The notes: generated by a model not told the origin, from the sequence alone. A DNA stretch of 61,691 nucleotides, filler included, from Syncephalis fuscata S228 (GCA_025786725.1; 5 parts of 5 records of this genome joined end to end with filler, not necessarily neighbours in it), one strand, 5' to 3'; positions 48,819 through 59,477 are shown, counted from the first letter of the whole stretch. Made by a program: numbers and translations.

Positions 48819-50703
48819 TTATTCTATATTTACAAACAATATAACATGTATCCTATAATTAGCGTGTAAAGCATAGTATGCAATACTACTTACCTTCTAT
48901 TAATATTAATTATGGATGCACATATTATGTGTAAGTAATTGATGTATAATAAAGCAGTATACAATACTACTTACAGACAATTAGTATTAAATCATTGATG
49001 TATAAGCTATATAATTAGTACATATCTAGCTAGAATACAATATTACTTACGACCTATTAATATTAATTTGTTGAGGGACACATTACATGGTATATAATTA
49101 GCGCATTAATAAGTAATATAAAATATTATTTACCACCTATCAGTGTTAAATTGTTAATATACATAGTGATTAATATACGATACAACCTACATGCTATTAA
49201 CATCAAGTTGTTGATATAAATTTAATTAATGTATAGTCGATTAATATACAATAGCACTTACGAACTATTAGTATCAAGTCGTTGATTCACACAATGCATA
49301 GCAATTTGTTAATATATAGTCAATTGATATACAGTACCACTTACGACCTTTGATATTGGTTCGATGATACACACAATGCATAATCTATAGTTAGTGCATA
49401 GTTAATTGTCATACAGTATCACTTACAAACTAATGATATTAAATTATTGATATACAGAATATATAGCATGCGATTAATGCATAGTCGATTAATACACATT
49501 GTCACTCACCATCTATTAGCATCAATTTGTTGATAAACACAATGAGCATGCAATCAGTGTATGTTTATTTAACGGATAATGTGACTTACTACCTAATATT
49601 ATTAAATTGTCAATAGAGACGATGGATAGCATTTAATCAGCACAAATTCTATTAGTATACAGTATCACTTACGAGCTATTAATGTTAAGTTATTGAAGCA
49701 CACCGAATGTAGCATATAATTAATGCATAAGCAATTAATGCACAACACCACTTACATCTTATTAGAATTAAGGCATTGGCATACAGAATATTTAGTTGAA
49801 GCATATTCAATTAATATAAAGTATTACTTACCACCTATTGATATTAAAATAGCAATACACACAGCGCATAGAGTTTGGTTAGTATATAACCAGTCGATAC
49901 GCAGTATTACTTACTACCTATTGATATTAGAAGATCAATACACACAACGCATAGAATTTGATTAGTGTATAGCCAGTCAATATGTAGTTTCACTTACGGC
50001 CTATTAACATCAGTTTATTGATACAAGTGGCACACATTATGCGATTAATGTATAGCTAATTAATATTCAATACTACTTACCACCTAGTGGCATAGAATTG
50101 TTTATACAAAATAAAACATCATTAGCAAGCAGCTAACTAAACATAATATGACTTACATGCTGTTGATATTAAATTATTGATGCGCATAATACATGGTATG
50201 TAATTAGTGTATAGTCAATTAATATTAAGCAAGTGGTATATACAGAAAATATCATGTAAGCAATGTATATTCAATCAATATACAGTACAACTTACGGCCT
50301 ATTGATATCAAACCATTGATACACACAGTACATATCGTTTAAGCGGTGTATAACTAATTGATATAAAATACCACTTACATGCTATTAAATCATTTATACA
50401 CGACATGATTATATAATTAGTGCGTATCCAGCCAGTATGCAATGCTACTTACGATTTATTCATATTGATTTATTGATACATACAGCAAGTAATATAGTAA
50501 GTATTGTAACAACAATCCACAATTCCTACTAGCCATCTAACATCACAATCAATTAAACATACTGTTAGCAAGTATATCGATTGGTATATTAATCTTAATT
50601 GCAACATACTACGACGGACCAGAGATGGCTTAGCCTCAACCATGGCTGTAGTAGCTACAAAAGCCACGAGAAGAGTGCAAACAACGGCAATAGAGAGCTT
50701 CAT
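48819..50703 (-). CDS. Secreted prepropeptide encoded by an array of 3-nt microexons (locus A); predicted MKLSIAVVCTLLVAFVATTAMVEAKPSLVRR-NACPCGRSARNVCLPCGQE*
   Basis: Exon 1 (50703-50610) ends CGT CGT A|GTATGT (phase 1). Then 21 periodic NNN slots follow, 17 with canonical AG and GT. Lowest plus coordinate and minus-strand triplet: 50534 ATG (GC donor), 50453 ATC (TAA acceptor), 50379 CAT, 50296 GCC, 50157 CAT, 50081 GTG, 49998 GCC, 49915 GTA, 49832 GTG, 49756 GAT (TAA acceptor), 49673 CTC, 49590 GTA, 49510 ATG, 49427 TTT, 49345 GTC, 49262 TTC, 49191 CAT, 49134 GTG, 49051 GTC, 48975 TCT (TTG acceptor), 48894 AAG. The terminal exon AATAA (48823-48819) supplies an in-frame stop. Confidence 0.78.
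48824..50609 (-). repeat. Degenerate tandem array, modal unit 83 bp (intron plus 3-nt exon)
   Basis: Plus-strand motif ACTTAC-NNN-CTA recurs, mostly every 71-83 bp (one 57-bp and one 139-bp spacing), with weakly similar spacers. Confidence 0.88.
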
Positions 50704-52872
50704 GGTGATATTGATTTGTTGAAACAAAAAAGGTAGAACAAAAGTAGAATGTGGTGATAGTGAGTATTGGTAGAAAGCAGATTGTGATGATGATACTAAT
50801 GGTTAGTTATGTATATTATGCCTTCTATTTAAGTCCATGATTATTTTGAAATACCAATATACTGTGTTGTATAGGCTATGTCAGTGAGATGAAAATAAGC
50901 CAATGGACTATGTCTAAATAATACTTCAAAGCACACGTGTAACATTGGAGTAACGCTATGATGAAGCTCAATCCAGCTTTTCGTTCTAGCTTGTTTGGCA
51001 ACACCATGAAAAGGGATGCACCAGCTCTATAAAGCAGTTGTAATACCAGCTTTTCTCTGTCTTTATTCCCTGAAAGCTGTAATAACTAGTATTAATGTTT
51101 GCCCGAATAAAGCACACCAATTATGTTGCAATAACTTCAATACAAGGAATTGGCATTGCTAAATAGGCCTTTATTGTTTTGCATAAACAGGTTACAATTT
51201 CTCAAGTCGTAAGAATATGCCGCTTTAATGCTGTGGATATTGTTACAAAAAAAGAAGTGTGTTATATCCAAACATATGGACGTCACACAATGTGTAATCT
51301 TCGGCATTTAAGATGACTGTTGATTGAAATTTACCAAGAATTGGCTGTGCAATAAGGACTGCTGTGGTTTGCTGTATTACCACGTCTTTAGCAATAATTA
51401 TTTTACTTAATCATTTATATAATCGAATGTTCGACTGTGAAATAGCCTGTATTCATTACACACATGCAATACGATTTTTAAAACTAAAATACACACATCA
51501 TACAATACCAAACAGATAATGCCAGTGTTGAATGCACAATGGCAGTGTGCCGCATATTAATCAATAATCACTCAAGATTTAGTCGATAATATATGCTTCT
51601 GGGCGGGATTCTGATAATAGATTAAGCAAAGTTGCTTATAAAGTAACAAACCAAAACAGAGATTAATGGAAAGCAAGTTGCACTCCAAATATTAATTGAT
51701 TTTATATTATCATCGGTTTAAGGAACAAGAAATAAACTATTGCAATCAAACTAAATTAAATACAGTTTAACAAACATTTAACAATTTGACTATTCTTCTA
51801 AATTGAATTGGCAAACATTTATACTCAATGAAAATTTAATATTTGTAATATTTCCTTCTAAATGATGCAATATTTGCATTGTGATGATTTATGAACGAAA
51901 GGAATAGTAGTGTGGTACCATATACTACCCATAGAAATTACAGCATATAGGCAAGGCATCTTATTATATTATTCCAGATATTTGCACAATTATATTAAAA
52001 CATAAGAAAAAGACTATAGAAAGTATGTTAGCTAATAAATACTGATTACTACCACACCGCTCATTTATTCTAATGGCATTCGATGCTTATTCTAACTTAT
52101 CTTGCTTCATTTTCTCTACTCGCTCATTTCTGAATTATAATCCTTTTTTGTCTTCTCTTGCGTTATTATTGATTAGTACGCACACATCCAGCTTTTTGAT
52201 AAATATTTAATTGTTTAAAATAGATATCACTATTTTCAGCAGTAGTTTCCATTTTATTGTAATGATGTTATTATGCTGTCTAGTTGGCTCAACAGCAATA
52301 CAAGTAAAAAAACATACTCTTCAATTGGTGATTGCTGTAATTGTTATTATAATAATGCTAAAATAATACATACCAACTATATAGTAGTGATGTCTTTGGT
52401 AATATCAATGCTATACTTGCAAATGAATATCATTGATCGCATTACTGACATATATTGCTACAATTGCTACAATTTTCACATACATAAATGTTGTTTGAGT
52501 GACAACATAATGTTATAAGCACACTAATTTATGCTTATGGTTAATACAGTGCATTTTTACAAGTTTTTGTGTTAATATCTCTACTCGTTTAATGTTTGTC
52601 AATTGCCGAATCTAAATAAGTGCAGACATAAATATAATAACTTAATCAAAGACAATTAAAATAAAACCATATGTTTATTACTATAAGTTTGCACAACTGA
52701 ATAGACACAGCTATGCGCATACTTGTTAATAATATAATGATTTCATAGATTAAAGAGTGGAGAAGCTGGGGCATTGGATGAAACTTGATATATAAATGTG
52801 CTGGCCAACAGCTGTCTAATAGCTTTGTTTTCACAAAATATATATTTAAAGCATATTGAAGTAGTAATTCAA

Positions 52873-53136
52873 TTACATTACTTTTAAATGACCGGAGCCA
52901 TTCCCGCTAGTGCCAACGTGAGCATAGATGCCTTCGTAGGCAGGAGCGCAACTAGTGCAATAGCCATCATCATCTCGACATTTGCAAGCGCCAAAAGGAG
53001 GAATGGGGCCTCTGTCTTCGTTAGAATCTTTGTCTTTTGGCACGCGACGAATTAGAGCTGGCTTAGCATCCACCATGGCTGTAGTAGATATGAAAGCCAC
53101 CGCGATGGTGCAAACAATGGCAATGGAAAGCTTCAT
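52873..53136 (-). CDS. Intronless secreted prepropeptide (87 aa), paralog of the microexon genes
   Basis: MKLSIAIVCTIAVAFISTTAMVDAKPALIRR-VPKDKDSNEDRGPIPPFGACKCRDDDGYCTSCAPAY..; signal and pro region homologous to exon 1 of locus A; CxC-x6-CxxC. Confidence 0.8.
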   Translation of the reverse strand: MKLSIAIVCTIAVAFISTTAMVDAKPALIRRVPKDKDSNEDRGPIPPFGACKCRDDDGYCTSCAPAYEGIYAHVGTSGNGSGHLKVM

Positions 53137-56008
53137 GATGATGTTGACTTGTTGAAACAAAGTAGAGCAAGTAGAAAGTGGTAGTTTAAAGTAGGTAGTT
53201 GCAAGTACTTGCCAGCAAGTAAAATGATAACCTAGTGTATGTGGTCTCCTAGAGTAAAATGTAGTGAGTACTTGGTAGAAAGTAGAGTGTGATGATGATA
53301 GTACCGGTCAGTTGTGTGGATTTGTGGGCTATTTAACGTGTATTGTGTTGTGAAAGCATCCAATCAATGTATAGAGCAGCGGACTTATTAATTTGCTACT
53401 CAATGTAGTAACATAATTGCTAAATAATTAATGATGGGAAAAAATATTAATAGTATACCTATAAATGTATGTATTGCATTATAAGGAAATACTAAATAAG
53501 GCATATTTCTGATATTGCCCTAGTTAGTTGTGTGAATTTGTGAGCTATTCAACTTTGTAACTACGCTAAAGCGCCAAGAAATGCATTGTATTAACTATTC
53601 CATTGACGTTCAATGGAAATTAATAATAACACTTACATGACGATTTTAATTGTGCGTATACTGATATACCAATAGCGTGTTATTATACAGATAATTCATC
53701 AACTCAGCCTACTCAGACATCTGAAATAGCAATACGGGCGATTCAATACGTATACGCTACAGGGGTATGCACATTAACCTGTATTTATTACGCAGTTTGG
53801 ACATTTAACAATATAAATTTTAATTTACAAAAAAAATAATGACTACTTTGCAGTCCCTTTCGTCACGTTAAATTACAATATATATATATATGCACACCAA
53901 ACCATACACAATATTAATGTATCAAGTTTTATACAATATATTAATATTTTTATACAATATATACTATTGCGCATAAATCAAACATATTTTTTTGAAACAT
54001 AAAATGTGCCGTATTTAAACATATGAATGCCAAGCGCTGCACAATTTGCGACATTTCAGACAGCTGAGAATCAAATTAGCTGAGAATCGACTATATAATA
54101 AAGACTTTTGTAGTATAATGCATTACAGTATCTTCAGAAACAAACTATTACATCCAATCATCCATACAACTAAATTATCGACTGTAAAGTGATTTATATT
54201 CGTCAAGTTAAATGCAACGCAGTTTGTGTACAATAAAATACGCACATCATGCAGATCCAGATAGATATTTTCAGTTCTAAATCTATAATGGTAGCAGACT
54301 GAACATTAGCTAGTAATCATTTATGAATTATTTAATAGCCTATGCTTTTATAAATCAATTTACATAACAAACTAAGGCAGAGATCAATGCAAAACAATTT
54401 GCGACTCAAATATTAATTGGTTTAGTCTTATTACCAAGTTATTAAACAAAAATTAAAAGCATTGCAACTATAATAAACTAAATTAAGTTTATTATAAATT
54501 TAACTGATGTTGGTGCAACTAGAAAAATAACGCTATGCAGAATTGAAGTACAAAAAACAGAAAAAATGTACATAGCATCCAATAGCTTAGTTAATCTTTT
54601 AAAATTGAATTAGCAATTTTATACTTAGATGGCACTTTAGTATTCGTAGTATTTCCTTCTATACGTAACGACATTTGCGTTATTTAAAGGCTTATGTTTA
54701 GTGTTAGCTATGCAAATAAATACAATATTCATATTGCACATAATATAATGTTGCTGTTTTAAAAACTAGAGACAATAACAAGTTGACTAAGTAAAATGCT
54801 AGAATACTTGATTCATAACTATCCAGTGTATTGGCACAGTTTAGACAATAAAATAAACTGAAACAAATTTCGAAATATAAACTAAACATTGAAAGCAAAA
54901 TAAATGATGCTACTTATGTACAATAAATGTACGCGTATTTATATTGACATGCTGAATGGATATTGGATATGAATAAGTGATAGAACTTGAACACTTTTCT
55001 TGTTCTTCTTTCTTCGCGTGGTTCCTATTAGCTCATAAGACTAGTCGTGTGAATTGAATACCAATTTAGTCCAAAAACTGCTTGTATTATTGATGATATA
55101 GAATATACTTAATAATAGCATTTGTGTTACTATATACTTGCGGTTGTTTGCATGTATGTTAATAGCATTGGACCTTGTATGCTGATCAGGCCATATGATC
55201 AATATTCATGTGGTGAAATAGTTAATCACGTGATCTACAGATTATATTATCCATTAATTTAATCACGTGACATAATTAGTAGAATTAAGAATATACTGCA
55301 ATTATGGAACAGTAGCGACTGCTTAAATATTATTGTAACGAAGATACCATTAGTTTAAGTAATATTAATTCTTTAAAATTTATACAATAAATTTATATTT
55401 AGTATACAAATATGGTATGCGCATAGCTACCTATATTTAATAGAATGTCAGTATTCAAGATTGGTATTATTGTATTTCTAGTTATTAGCTAAACCTTAGC
55501 AATAAGCCATGTTTCTTAGAATTTTCACTTTTTGATATTAAGACAGCAGCAAATTTGTAGGGTACCCGTTTTTTAAATGCATATCAACAACACAACTGTG
55601 GTAATCATATTAAACGGCAACAGGCCTTATGTATCGCGAATATTCCAACCATGTAATACAGCAATGTCGTTGATGGCCAACCATACAAAATAAAAGCGAT
55701 ATTTCTTAATTAGTATTATTTTTATTAAAAATGGTCGTGTTAACTGAATTTTTAACATTGATATAGATTAGATTTATAATAAAATTTCAAATAATGAAAA
55801 GCAGCTAATCAAAAAATTAAAAATGTGGGTTCCAAGGTATGTGTAGTAATCGGCACGTATATATGCCGACCACTTGACGGAACGCTCACAGCAAAGCGGG
55901 CCGTAAGTTTCCCGCTTTGTTACACTTGTGCATTATAAATATATATATAAATTATTACTGCAATACACCAACACCTCTTTTCTTATTACGTTTTACTTGT
56001 TTATTACT

Positions 56009-58264
56009 ATGTCGTCACTACCACCGTCGTCTTCTTCTGGTTCCAATGCCTCCAAAGCTGGCACAACACCAGTCTCTGGCTCATTACCTACGCCAAATAT
56101 TATATCTTCCAACGCTGCTAGCTATGCACCACCACTAACACGCACTTGGCAGCAACACCCTGACCTGGCCCGTGAGCGTTCGCTAGCATCGTTTACGCCA
56201 CGCCAACTTACGCATATTCTTAACGGTGGCGCTGAACAAACCGAGCGCATTGAAACCATTCGCCAACAGCTAAATCAAGAGCCGATATTTGACAAAACAC
56301 ATGGCTACCATCTTAATCACGAAGGTCTTTATCTTCGTGGATTGCAGATGATGGAGAGATTTAGAAAATTACGCGTGGAACATCGTTGGTCTACTGACGA
56401 TGTAGCCATTGCTTATAAAGAAATATCTGAAGGCTTGCCGGTACTACTTAATGATGATTTATTTATTAAAACATTGAAGGAGCAGGCTACGGACGAGCAG
56501 CAAGCGATATGGGTTCCATTGGCTGAGAACTGGGGCATCCTAGGATGTTATGCACAGACCGAAATGGCTCATGGATCTAATGTTCGTGGAGTTGAAACAA
56601 CAGCCATCTTTTTGCCCAACACTGATGAAATCGAACTTAATACGCCAACGCTATCCAGTGTCAAATGGTGGCCTGGCGCATTAGGAAAAACAGCCAATGT
56701 TGCTGTTGTCATGGCTCAGCTGATTCTTCCTGGCAATCGCCGTGCTGGTGTACTACCGTTTATGGTTCAACTTCGCTCATTCAAAGATCATACATTGCTT
56801 CCTGGTGTGGAAACAGGCGATATTGGACCAAAGATTGGATTTAACGCCATTGATAATGGCTATCTTTCGTTAAAGAAAGTACGCATACCTCGGATTAATA
56901 TGCTGATGCGTCATGTAGAATTAACACGCGAAGGAGAGCTAAGACGTCGTGGCCAACACGATCAGCGACACGTTTATGGAACTTTGCTATACGCTCGTGT
57001 AAACATTATATCGGACGCTAGTTTGGGGATAGCCCAAGGTGCTACTATTGCTACACGCTATTCATTAGTACGCCGACAATTTAGTCACTCAGAAACTGAT
57101 AAGAATGCCGCTGAAGTAGTAGTTTTAGATCATCAAAGTCAACAACAACGTGTTATCACTCCAATCAGTGAAGCATATGCAGTCCATTTTACTGGCCAAA
57201 GAATGAAGCAGCTGTATCACCGCCTTATATCACCAGGTCTATCGCCTGAAGTAGCATCAGCTTTATTATCTGAATCTCATGGATCGGCATCCGCTTTAAA
57301 ATCCTATGTTACAGACATGACTGCAGAATCACTTGAGACACTTCGTCGTGCATGTGGCGGCCATGGCTACAGCCAATTTAGTGGCTTGCCTGACTTGTTA
57401 ACTTTATATTTGCAATTTAATACAGTAGAAGGAGAAAATCATGTAATGGCCCAACAAGCAGCTCGTATCTTACTTCGACGCTACAACCATTTGCAATCTG
57501 CTGCTGATGCTACCCATACTGCTAGTGTTGACGAGCGCTACATGTTATCTGTGTCAGCGCAACAACTTGAAAATGACCGTTGCACGGTAGTTATTGCAGA
57601 AGACTTGCGCAATCCAAAGCTTTATTTACACGCATTTGAACGCCGCGCAGCTCATCACTTGTCATGCTTGCATCGCCGCCGCACACAAGGTTCACCATTT
57701 GCAGAATGCCATGTCGATGTTGAACGAGTTGTCCGTGCACATGCTGAGCTGTATGTGGTGCGCAGCTTTGTAGAGGCGCTTTATCCAGAGTTTAGACTTG
57801 ATGAGCATACATCAGCTGGAGAAGCAGCACCGATCGATATACCGCAGCCAATCCATAGCGTACTAAGCCGTCTATGTGATTTGTTTGCGCTAACTCGCAT
57901 ATCGAGGGAGCTAGGGGACCATTTGGAAGCCGGCTACCTCCAGTCGACACATGGACCATTGGTTAGAGCAGCTATCCGCCGACTATTGCAAGAAATAAGA
58001 CCAGATGCATTGGCACTTGTTGATGCATTTAATATTTCAGATAGTCGTCTAGGAAGCGCAATTGGTCGATGGGACGGCCGAGTCTACGAAGCATTGGCGG
58101 CAATGGCACAATCCAATCCAATGAATCGCACCGATGTCACACCAGGCTATGAGCCACCCACAGGAGCACTAGCCATCGACGGTCACTCCTACCGAGGACT
58201 GAAAGGCATATTTGAAGATGGCTGGCATCGTGTTGGCCACACTCGCATTCCGGCCAAACTTTAA
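56009..58264 (+). CDS. POX1: Peroxisomal acyl-CoA oxidase, intronless
   Basis: GCYAQTEMAHGSNVRGVETTA; KWWPGALGKTAN; GDIGPKIGFNAIDNG; ATRYSLVRRQF; RRACGGHGYS; TVEGEN; C-terminal PTS1 AKL*. First ATG at 56009. Confidence 0.93.
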   Translation: MSSLPPSSSSGSNASKAGTTPVSGSLPTPNIISSNAASYAPPLTRTWQQHPDLARERSLASFTPRQLTHILNGGAEQTERIETIRQQLNQEPIFDKTHGYHLNHEGLYLRGLQMMERFRKLRVEHRWSTDDVAIAYKEISEGLPVLLNDDLFIKTLKEQATDEQQAIWVPLAENWGILGCYAQTEMAHGSNVRGVETTAIFLPNTDEIELNTPTLSSVKWWPGALGKTANVAVVMAQLILPGNRRAGVLPFMVQLRSFKDHTLLPGVETGDIGPKIGFNAIDNGYLSLKKVRIPRINMLMRHVELTREGELRRRGQHDQRHVYGTLLYARVNIISDASLGIAQGATIATRYSLVRRQFSHSETDKNAAEVVVLDHQSQQQRVITPISEAYAVHFTGQRMKQLYHRLISPGLSPEVASALLSESHGSASALKSYVTDMTAESLETLRRACGGHGYSQFSGLPDLLTLYLQFNTVEGENHVMAQQAARILLRRYNHLQSAADATHTASVDERYMLSVSAQQLENDRCTVVIAEDLRNPKLYLHAFERRAAHHLSCLHRRRTQGSPFAECHVDVERVVRAHAELYVVRSFVEALYPEFRLDEHTSAGEAAPIDIPQPIHSVLSRLCDLFALTRISRELGDHLEAGYLQSTHGPLVRAAIRRLLQEIRPDALALVDAFNISDSRLGSAIGRWDGRVYEALAAMAQSNPMNRTDVTPGYEPPTGALAIDGHSYRGLKGIFEDGWHRVGHTRIPAKL

Positions 58265-58655
58265 ACGATAACAATTACAAACTTTAATGAATATTACAAT
58301 AAAGCTACGATAACTTATAAATATCGATGATAAATGTTTATTGCTCTACTAGTTTTTTTAAAGCTGCTTTATGTTGTGTGCTGTTTAACATTATTATTTA
58401 ATTAATTTTTATTAATAATTTAGTATACTTTAAAGGTCAAATGACTAACATCTAATAACGTCCAATTTATTGAACATGATGTTGGGTGGTGAATGACATC
58501 AATCATCAAATACTCGTCATCATAGATTCGTTATCCAATACACATATATCCTTCATTTATCCATATTATCATTATTGCATAGTCATATCATTGTATATCA
58601 TTATATCGTATACTAAACACCTTTTATTTAATTGTTATTTGTTTGGCACTAGCTA

Positions 58656-58755
58656 NNNNNNNNNNNNNNNNNNNNNNNNNNNNNNNNNNNNNNNNNNNNT
58701 TAATTAATTAANNNNNNNNNNNNNNNNNNNNNNNNNNNNNNNNNNNNNNNNNNNN
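58656..58755. other. Assembly gap / contig spacer
   Basis: 100-nt N-run with central TTAATTAATTAA. Confidence 0.97.
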
Positions 58756-59418
58756 TTGTATATTGATTGACTATGCACTAAATATATATCGCGCATTTTG
58801 TGGTTTATAACTTGTATTAATAGCTCGTAAGTGGCATTGTATATTGATTGACTATGCACTAAATACATATCACGCATTTTGTGTGTTTGATAACTTGTAT
58901 TAATAGCTGGTAAGTATTATATATTGATTGACTATGCACTAAATATATATCACGCATTTTGTTTGTTTGATGACTTGTATTAATAGGTCGTGAGTAGTAT
59001 TATATATTGATTGACTATGCACTAAATACATATCACGCACTTTGTGTGTTTGATGACTTGTATTAATAGCTGGTAAGTGACATTGTATATTGATTGACTA
59101 TGCACTAAATATATATCACGCACTTTGTGTGTTTATAACTTGTATTAACAGCTAGTAAGTGGCATTTTATATTGATTGACTATGCACTAAATACATATCA
59201 CGCACTTTGTGTGTTTATAACTTGTATTAATAGCTCGTAAGTGGCACTATATGTTGATTGACTATGCACTAAATATATATCACACACTTTGTGTGTTTGA
59301 TGACTTGCATTAATAGCTGGTAAGTGACATTGTATATTGATTGACTATGCACTAAATACATATCACGCACTTTGTGTGTTTATAACTTGTATTAACAGCT
59401 AGTAAGTAGTATTATATA
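58756..59418 (+). repeat. Homogeneous 80-83 bp tandem array (intron plus 3-nt exon), with a 247-bp higher-order period
   Basis: Unit TATATTGATTGACTATGCACTAAATAYATATCACGCAYTTTGTGTGTTT(G)ATRACTTGTATTAAYAG-NNN-GTAAGT repeated 8 times. Confidence 0.95.
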
Positions 59419-59477
59419 ATGCTAACTTATATGTTAACACATAATATTTTATATATTTATGCATGATTATAGACTAA
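58756..59477 (+). CDS. 3' part of a second 3-nt microexon gene (locus B); predicted ..xPGPATPAN*; 5' end lost in the gap
   Basis: Eight YAG-NNN-GTRAGT units: CTC 58824, CTG 58907, GTC 58987, CTG 59070, CTA 59152, CTC 59234, CTG 59317, CTA 59399. Terminal exon TAG|AC TAA at 59473-59477. The terminal exon and 3' UTR are homologous to those of locus A. Confidence 0.78.

Noticed and set aside
50470-50727. 85-aa ORF as the complete peptide gene
   Set aside because: Similarity to the paralog ends at VRR, exactly at a GTATGT donor. The rest is read-through into intron sequence.
52646-52834. Similar short ORFs at 52646-52834 (-) and 59548-59790 (+) as a protein family
   Set aside because: Non-ATG starts. 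The similarity reflects the shared 3' UTR/flank of the peptide genes.
39832-58264. Biosynthetic cluster linking the BAHD transferases, peptides and acyl-CoA oxidase (e.g. an acylated RiPP)
   Set aside because: The BAHD genes are separated from the peptide genes by an assembly spacer. The enzymes are predicted cytosolic or peroxisomal while the peptides enter the secretory pathway, and no other tailoring genes are present.
20711-58755. TTAATTAATTAA motif centred in four N-runs
   Set aside because: Artificial contig spacer with stops in all frames. Adjacency across these gaps is therefore not guaranteed.
58756-59418. CRISPR-like or plain minisatellite interpretation of the 82-bp array
   Set aside because: The context is eukaryotic, there are no cas genes and no unique spacers. 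The variable 3 nt sit exactly between AG and GTRAGT, and the array ends in a terminal exon shared with locus A, so an intron/microexon array explains it better.
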